Of a DNA stretch of 64,000 bases, positions 59,134-64,000 are shown in pieces. The first letter of the stretch is position 1, and each line of letters begins with the position of its first letter. This DNA is from Alphaproteobacteria bacterium. Its GTDB lineage: Bacteria > Pseudomonadota > Alphaproteobacteria > SP197. Made by a program: the position numbers and the translations under genes. The stretch covers positions 928,001-992,000 of the forward strand of contig OZ219920.1 in assembly GCA_964291415.2 (NCBI GenBank). The letters run 5' to 3'. Under the pieces are notes generated by a model. That model saw only the letters and a list, made by a program, of their open reading frames with translations. It did not search any database and was not told where the DNA came from.

Positions 59134-60303
59134 TCAGGTCCAGCCGGTGTAGGGATCGAGGCCGCGCTTCGTGATCTGGCCTGCCATGATGACCTTCTGG
59201 ATCTCCGAGGTGCCTTCCCAGATCCGTTCGAGGCGGACGTCCCGGGTCAGCCGTTCGACGGGATTCTCGCACATCATGCCGCGCCCTCCGAAGATCTGAG
59301 CCGCACGGTCGACGACCCTGAAGGCGGCCTCCGAACAGTAGTACTTGATGGCGCTCGCCTTGGCATGGGCCGCGCGGCGGTCGAGGCCGGAATCGATCTC
59401 CTGGGCGGTGCGGTAGAGCATCGACTTGCCGGCCATGATTTCGGTTGCCATGTCGGCGAACATGAAGCCGATGCCCTGGAACTCGATGATGGCCTGACCG
59501 AACTGACGGCGCTCCCGGGCCCATTCGAGGGCCAGTTCCGAAGCGCGGATCGCCATGCCGATACTGCGCGCCGCAATCGCCAGCCGGGCCTCGACGAACC
59601 AGTCCTTGGTGAGTTCGAATCCTTCGCCGATCTCACCCAGCATCTGTGTCGCCGGGATCCGCACGTCAACAAGGTCGACCTCGGGGTGCGCGTGACCCGA
59701 GCGCTGGGAAAACCGCGGCGAACGCCGGATGTTGAACCCTTCGGTGCCCTTGTCGACGAGAAACAGGGTCGGGCGCTCCGGGTCACCATCCATGATGGTG
59801 GTCACGAGATTGACATGGGCGCTGTCGGAGTAACTGGCGAAGCACTTCTCGCCGTTGATGACGTAGCGGTTTCCGGCCAGTTGCGCCGATGTCCTGATGC
59901 CGCCGGCATCCGAGCCGGCTCCGGGCTCCGTGACGCAGAACGACACGGTGACGTCGCCACGGCATGCCGGCACCAGGTAGGCGGCGATCTGTTCGGGCGT
60001 TCCCTGTTTCAGGCAGACGGGGGGCTGCCAGACCCGCCCCCAGAGTCCGTTGGTGGCCGAACCGACTTCCTCGTTGACGATACACTGCTGGACGATCGTC
60101 ATACCCTGGCCGCCATGCTCGGGATCGTGGTTGATGGCGTTGAGGCGGTGATCGAGGACCCCCTGGCGTATTCCGGCTTCCGTGGCCTCGTCGAGGGATT
60201 CGTTCTCGTCGAGAGTGATTTCGTGAGGCCAGAGATGCTGTCGGGCAAAGCTGCGCGCCCGTTCACGAACGTCAAGGTCGTCGTGTGTGAGCGTCATGTC
60301 CAT
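59134..60303 (-). CDS. Acyl-CoA dehydrogenase family protein
   Basis: FCVTEPGAGSD, YVINGEK, ERRQFG, AQIFGG.G and IWEGTSEIQ. Confidence 0.95.
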   Translation of the reverse strand: MDMTLTHDDLDVRERARSFARQHLWPHEITLDENESLDEATEAGIRQGVLDHRLNAINHDPEHGGQGMTIVQQCIVNEEVGSATNGLWGRVWQPPVCLKQGTPEQIAAYLVPACRGDVTVSFCVTEPGAGSDAGGIRTSAQLAGNRYVINGEKCFASYSDSAHVNLVTTIMDGDPERPTLFLVDKGTEGFNIRRSPRFSQRSGHAHPEVDLVDVRIPATQMLGEIGEGFELTKDWFVEARLAIAARSIGMAIRASELALEWARERRQFGQAIIEFQGIGFMFADMATEIMAGKSMLYRTAQEIDSGLDRRAAHAKASAIKYYCSEAAFRVVDRAAQIFGGRGMMCENPVERLTRDVRLERIWEGTSEIQKVIMAGQITKRGLDPYTGWT

Positions 60304-60326
60304 GGAATGCTTCCTTCCTTCGATGA

Positions 60327-61124
60327 TCAGCGACTTGAGTCGAACACGTCGCGGCGGTCGATATCGAGAGCGTCCGAGATGAAGTCTCCCAGCATGCGCC
60401 CGAAATGAGCCAGGAGTTCCTCGCCAAGCGCCGCTGTCGCCTCACCGGCCCGGCCGACGACCCCCTCGGGGTTGAGATCCTCGGCCCGCCAGGCAAAGCC
60501 GAGCCGGCCGCCGTGGCCGAATCTCCGGTGCCGGGAGGCCAGCGATGTTGCCGCCGACGGAAAGGTGCCGGCGTGCGCCATCTCGACCAGGTCCGGGTGG
60601 AGGGCGAGCATGATGGCGGTTTCCATCATGCCGCCATGGTGTCCCCCGGGGTCGAGGCCGGCGAGGTGAGCGGGCAGGGGCCAGGCCATGTAGTTGGCCC
60701 GGACCACCAGCATGTCGTGGCGGTCTCTCAGGTCCTGTGCCGCCAGATCGACGATCTGCGGTTGGCCGCCATGGGCATTGACGATGACCAGGCGGTGGAT
60801 GCGGCTGGCGGCAAGGCCGGAGCCGATCTGCCTCACCATGGTCAGCAGGGTTTCCGGCTCGTGGGTCAGCGTTCCCGGAAACGAGGTGTGTTCGCTGCTC
60901 TTGCCGATGGCGAGTGGGGGCAGCACGACAACCGTGCCCGGGGTTGCGATATGCTGACGCGCCCGGTCGATCAGGCCCCTGGCAATCATCGTATCGGTGC
61001 CGAGCGGCAGGTGGGGTCCGTGCTGTTCCGTCGCCCCCATGGCGAGAACGGCCACGCATCTGCCTCGGGCCAGTCGCTGCAGTTCGGGAGAGGTGAGGTC
61101 CTCCCAGGAGCGCAGGTCGGCCAT
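60327..61124 (-). CDS. Creatininase/MftE-family amidohydrolase
   Basis: GATEQHGPHLPLGTD, SSEH.SFPGTL, NAHGGQ and HGG..ET. Confidence 0.92.
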   Translation of the reverse strand: MADLRSWEDLTSPELQRLARGRCVAVLAMGATEQHGPHLPLGTDTMIARGLIDRARQHIATPGTVVVLPPLAIGKSSEHTSFPGTLTHEPETLLTMVRQIGSGLAASRIHRLVIVNAHGGQPQIVDLAAQDLRDRHDMLVVRANYMAWPLPAHLAGLDPGGHHGGMMETAIMLALHPDLVEMAHAGTFPSAATSLASRHRRFGHGGRLGFAWRAEDLNPEGVVGRAGEATAALGEELLAHFGRMLGDFISDALDIDRRDVFDSSR

Positions 61125-61125
61125 G

Positions 61126-61917
61126 TCAGACCATGGTGAGGCGGACCTCGCCAAGATCCTCGACGGCGCAGACGATGTCGTCTCCCTCGTCGACCAGGAC
61201 GGCTTCGACCAGGGAACCCGTCAGCACGACGTGTCCGGCCAGAAGCCTTGCTCCGCGTTCTGCCAGGCAGTTGGCAAGCCATGCCACGGTGTTGAGGGGA
61301 TGACCCAGGCTGGCCTCCCCGTATCCTTCACCCCGAACCACGCCCGAGATGGCGGTGGTGGCCCGGAGTGCGGCAAGGTCAAGTGACTGCCATCCGGCGA
61401 CTTCCTCGCCGGTGACGATCAGTTTCTGGAAGAAGTCGTCCGCCACCTTTTCCGCCGGCGCCATGTCGGCGTGTTCGGGATGCCGCAGTTCGGCCAGTTC
61501 GATGGCTGCCATGCAGGATTCGATGCAATGGGCAACGCTCGTGCGGTCGTGTCCGCCTTCCCTTGGCTCCAGGTCCTGCCCGATGCGCACGGCGATCTCG
61601 CATTCCGCCACCGGGCTGGTCAGGCCGGATGCCGCCTGGCGCGCCGGGGTGACGTGGTGGTTTGCGGCGAGCACGGCGCCGCCTCCCGGTTGGTCGAGCC
61701 CCAGCATCTCCTGCATGACCTTCGACGTGCAGCCAACCTTCCAGCCCGCCTGTTCCATGCCGCTGGCGGCGCGCTGGCGGATGACCTCATCCTGGATCGC
61801 GTAGCCTTCCTGCATCGAGACGGGCCGCACGTCGGCAGGAAGGCGGGGGACCTCGCCTCCGGCGTCGCGCGCCCGGATCAGCATGGCGGCAGCCTTCTTC
61901 ACGTCATCAGGTGTCAT
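61126..61917 (-). CDS. 2-keto-4-pentenoate hydratase/FAH-superfamily protein
   Basis: GYAIQ, GWKVGCTS..MQ, AECEIA, AAIEL, LGHPL..V.WLAN and VVLTGS. Confidence 0.88.
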   Translation of the reverse strand: MTPDDVKKAAAMLIRARDAGGEVPRLPADVRPVSMQEGYAIQDEVIRQRAASGMEQAGWKVGCTSKVMQEMLGLDQPGGGAVLAANHHVTPARQAASGLTSPVAECEIAVRIGQDLEPREGGHDRTSVAHCIESCMAAIELAELRHPEHADMAPAEKVADDFFQKLIVTGEEVAGWQSLDLAALRATTAISGVVRGEGYGEASLGHPLNTVAWLANCLAERGARLLAGHVVLTGSLVEAVLVDEGDDIVCAVEDLGEVRLTMV

Positions 61918-63110
61918 GCCGGCACTCCCCGGTGTTTGTGGATGTGCTGGGTGGCCGTCACCGTCAGCACGGAAAAGATCAGCATGATCGCGGCGAGGCG
62001 GAACAACCACACCACATGTCCCCCGTCCATGAGCATGCCGAAAAGCGGTGGGGCGATGAAGGTGCCGGCATCCATGCCCAGGGTCATGAACGCGAATACC
62101 TTGCCGGTTTCCGAAGGCGGTGTCACCCGGCGCACGATGAGATCGCGCGAGGGCGTGACCACACCGGCGCCCAGGCCGGCTATGGCAATCAGGATGAAGA
62201 TCGTTGCCGTGCCGCCGGCGACATCGCCGACCAGGAAGATGCAGGTGGCGGCAATGACGAATCCGCCGGTCGCCGTCAGGTCATGCCGGGTCGTGTGGTC
62301 GGCAATCACGCCGCCAATGAGGATGCCAAGGGCGGAAAATCCGAAGAAGACCGTCAGCGCGAAGGTGCCCAGCGTCTCGGGAATGCCGTGATGCTCGAAG
62401 AGCGATGCCGGAAGGAAGCTGTCGAATCCCCAATAGGCGATGGTTGTCAGGAAGAAGAAGGCGAAGCACATCTGGACAGGCAAGGTCAGGAGGATGGCCC
62501 GGCCTTCCCGGCGCCGGTTCCTGTCGCCGGAGTCGGTTCCCCTGCCATCGACCAGAATGTCACGGTTCAGCGTCATGGTCGCGGCCACGGCGAAGCCTGC
62601 CAGCCCCAGGGTGACGAGTGCGCTTCTCCAGTCCCAGTAGAGAACCGCCAGTCCGATGAATGCCGGCGTCAGGGCGAAGCCCGCATAGCCGGCAAAGGTG
62701 TGCACGCTGAAGGCGCGCCCGAGCCACTGTTTCGGTACGCCGGCCGACAGGATCGTGTATCCGCATGGATGAAAGACGGTGTTGCCAAGCCCCATGAACG
62801 CGGCCCAGATGAGAAGCTCGACGTAGCTTTGGGCGAACCCGAGTCCGATCACCGAAAGTGACAGGACACACAGTCCTGCAATCAGGACATGGCGTGCCGG
62901 TACCCGGTCGGTGAGAATGCCGACTGGAACCACGGACACGGCTGACGTGATGGCCGTCACAGCCATGATGACGCCGATGGCGGTGTAGTCGATGGCAAAG
63001 TCCTCAACCCATGTGACCACGAGTGGCGGCACCACCATGACGATGAGATGATTCATCAGGTGCCCCAGACTGACGAGGGCCACCACCTTGACGGGACGTC
63101 GCCCCCTCAT
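61914..63110 (-). CDS. MFS transporter
   Basis: About 12 TM segments; G.LTDR, GLGN.VFHP, GRAFSVH and GG.IAD. Confidence 0.92.
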   Translation of the reverse strand: MRGRRPVKVVALVSLGHLMNHLIVMVVPPLVVTWVEDFAIDYTAIGVIMAVTAITSAVSVVPVGILTDRVPARHVLIAGLCVLSLSVIGLGFAQSYVELLIWAAFMGLGNTVFHPCGYTILSAGVPKQWLGRAFSVHTFAGYAGFALTPAFIGLAVLYWDWRSALVTLGLAGFAVAATMTLNRDILVDGRGTDSGDRNRRREGRAILLTLPVQMCFAFFFLTTIAYWGFDSFLPASLFEHHGIPETLGTFALTVFFGFSALGILIGGVIADHTTRHDLTATGGFVIAATCIFLVGDVAGGTATIFILIAIAGLGAGVVTPSRDLIVRRVTPPSETGKVFAFMTLGMDAGTFIAPPLFGMLMDGGHVVWLFRLAAIMLIFSVLTVTATQHIHKHRGVPA

Positions 63111-64000
63111 GCCTGGCGCCTGCGGGCAAGACGTGAACGCCCGGAGGGGAGGAGCTGTGCGACAAGCACACCGGTGATGATGAGAATGCCGCCAACCACG
63201 TGCCCGGTCGTCGGCGGGATTCCCTCCAGTGTGCGGATGGCCACCACCACCACAGGCACCAGGTTCGAATAGATCGAGGCAATGGTGACACCGACCCGGC
63301 TGACCCCCCAGTGCCAGGTAAAGAGGGAAAACGAGGCGGGGCCTGCTCCCAGATAGAGGATGAACGCGATCGAACTCCAGCTGAGCTCGAAGCGGGTTTC
63401 GGCGATTCCGAGCCCGATGAGAACCGGCAGGGCGACCATCATGGTCATGGCGCCGATCATGATGGTGATGGCGGTGATGCCAAGTTGCGAGAGACCCGTC
63501 AGCCAGCGCTGGGCGCCTATGGAGTACCAGGTGAAGAGGGTGATGGCGGCAAGAATGAACAGCTCACCGCCCCGGACGGTTCCGATACCCCCTGCCGCCG
63601 ACCCGAGAGCGGCGATGACGCCCCCGGTGACGGCAATGACGGCACCGAACGCCACCCCCAGCGTGAGTGGAATGCCAAATCCTGCCCGTGCCACGAAGGC
63701 CGCGACGATCGGAGCGGCGGCGGCGACGATGGACGCGGGAACGGCGCCTGCGTACTTCACACCAAGGGTGAGAAGCACCGTCGAGACGGCGATGCCGGCA
63801 CTCCCGAGCAGCAGGGCCGGTCTCCAGGGTACCCGGGCAAAGGGACGCCCCCTGGACTGCAGGGTGAGAAAGGTGAGCAGGAATCCGGTGGCCGACAGCA
63901 AGCGGGCCATGGTGAGGAAGTAGGGATCCCACCCGGCAAGCAGGATGTCCGTCACAATGAAGTGCGTTCCCCACACCGAGGTCCCCACCGCCAGCACGAC
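63107..64000 (-). CDS. EamA/DMT family transporter (5' end beyond the window)
   Basis: WG, MAR, two EamA-like halves, YLG...F..W..G and NLVPV. Confidence 0.88.
   Translation of the reverse strand, partial: VVLAVGTSVWGTHFIVTDILLAGWDPYFLTMARLLSATGFLLTFLTLQSRGRPFARVPWRPALLLGSAGIAVSTVLLTLGVKYAGAVPASIVAAAAPIVAAFVARAGFGIPLTLGVAFGAVIAVTGGVIAALGSAAGGIGTVRGGELFILAAITLFTWYSIGAQRWLTGLSQLGITAITIMIGAMTMMVALPVLIGLGIAETRFELSWSSIAFILYLGAGPASFSLFTWHWGVSRVGVTIASIYSNLVPVVVVAIRTLEGIPPTTGHVVGGILIITGVLVAQLLPSGRSRLARRRQA

Overview
High-GC, alphaproteobacterial-looking chromosomal window given over almost entirely to uptake and catabolism of nitrogen-rich small molecules. In order: a HisC-like aminotransferase and a BKACE enzyme; an Opp/Dpp ABC operon; a Pot-type ABC operon with Gfa; a methyltransferase, PhyH dioxygenase, guanine deaminase, two tandem CmcJ/NvfI-like oxygenases and an acyl-CoA ligase; a dimethylformamidase-like operon with one small and two different large subunits; a TRAP transporter; and a purine cluster (BMP ABC transporter, xdhAB, puuD, uraD, puuE, uraH). 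A roughly 7.5 kb island follows. It carries a giant SwmB-repeat autotransporter broken by 7 frameshifts, a TbpB-like barrel gene, a 7-bp microsatellite and a probable serine-recombinase relic. The rest holds a core MetE-like enzyme, a second TRAP transporter, an NCS2 permease fused to an RsbW-like domain, and an uncharacterised operon of at least 7 genes (EamA, MFS, hydratase, creatininase, acyl-CoA dehydrogenase, FrhB-like, SDR). I recognised no transcriptional regulator, tRNA, rRNA or CRISPR array. All calls come from reading motifs by eye; no database searches were run.
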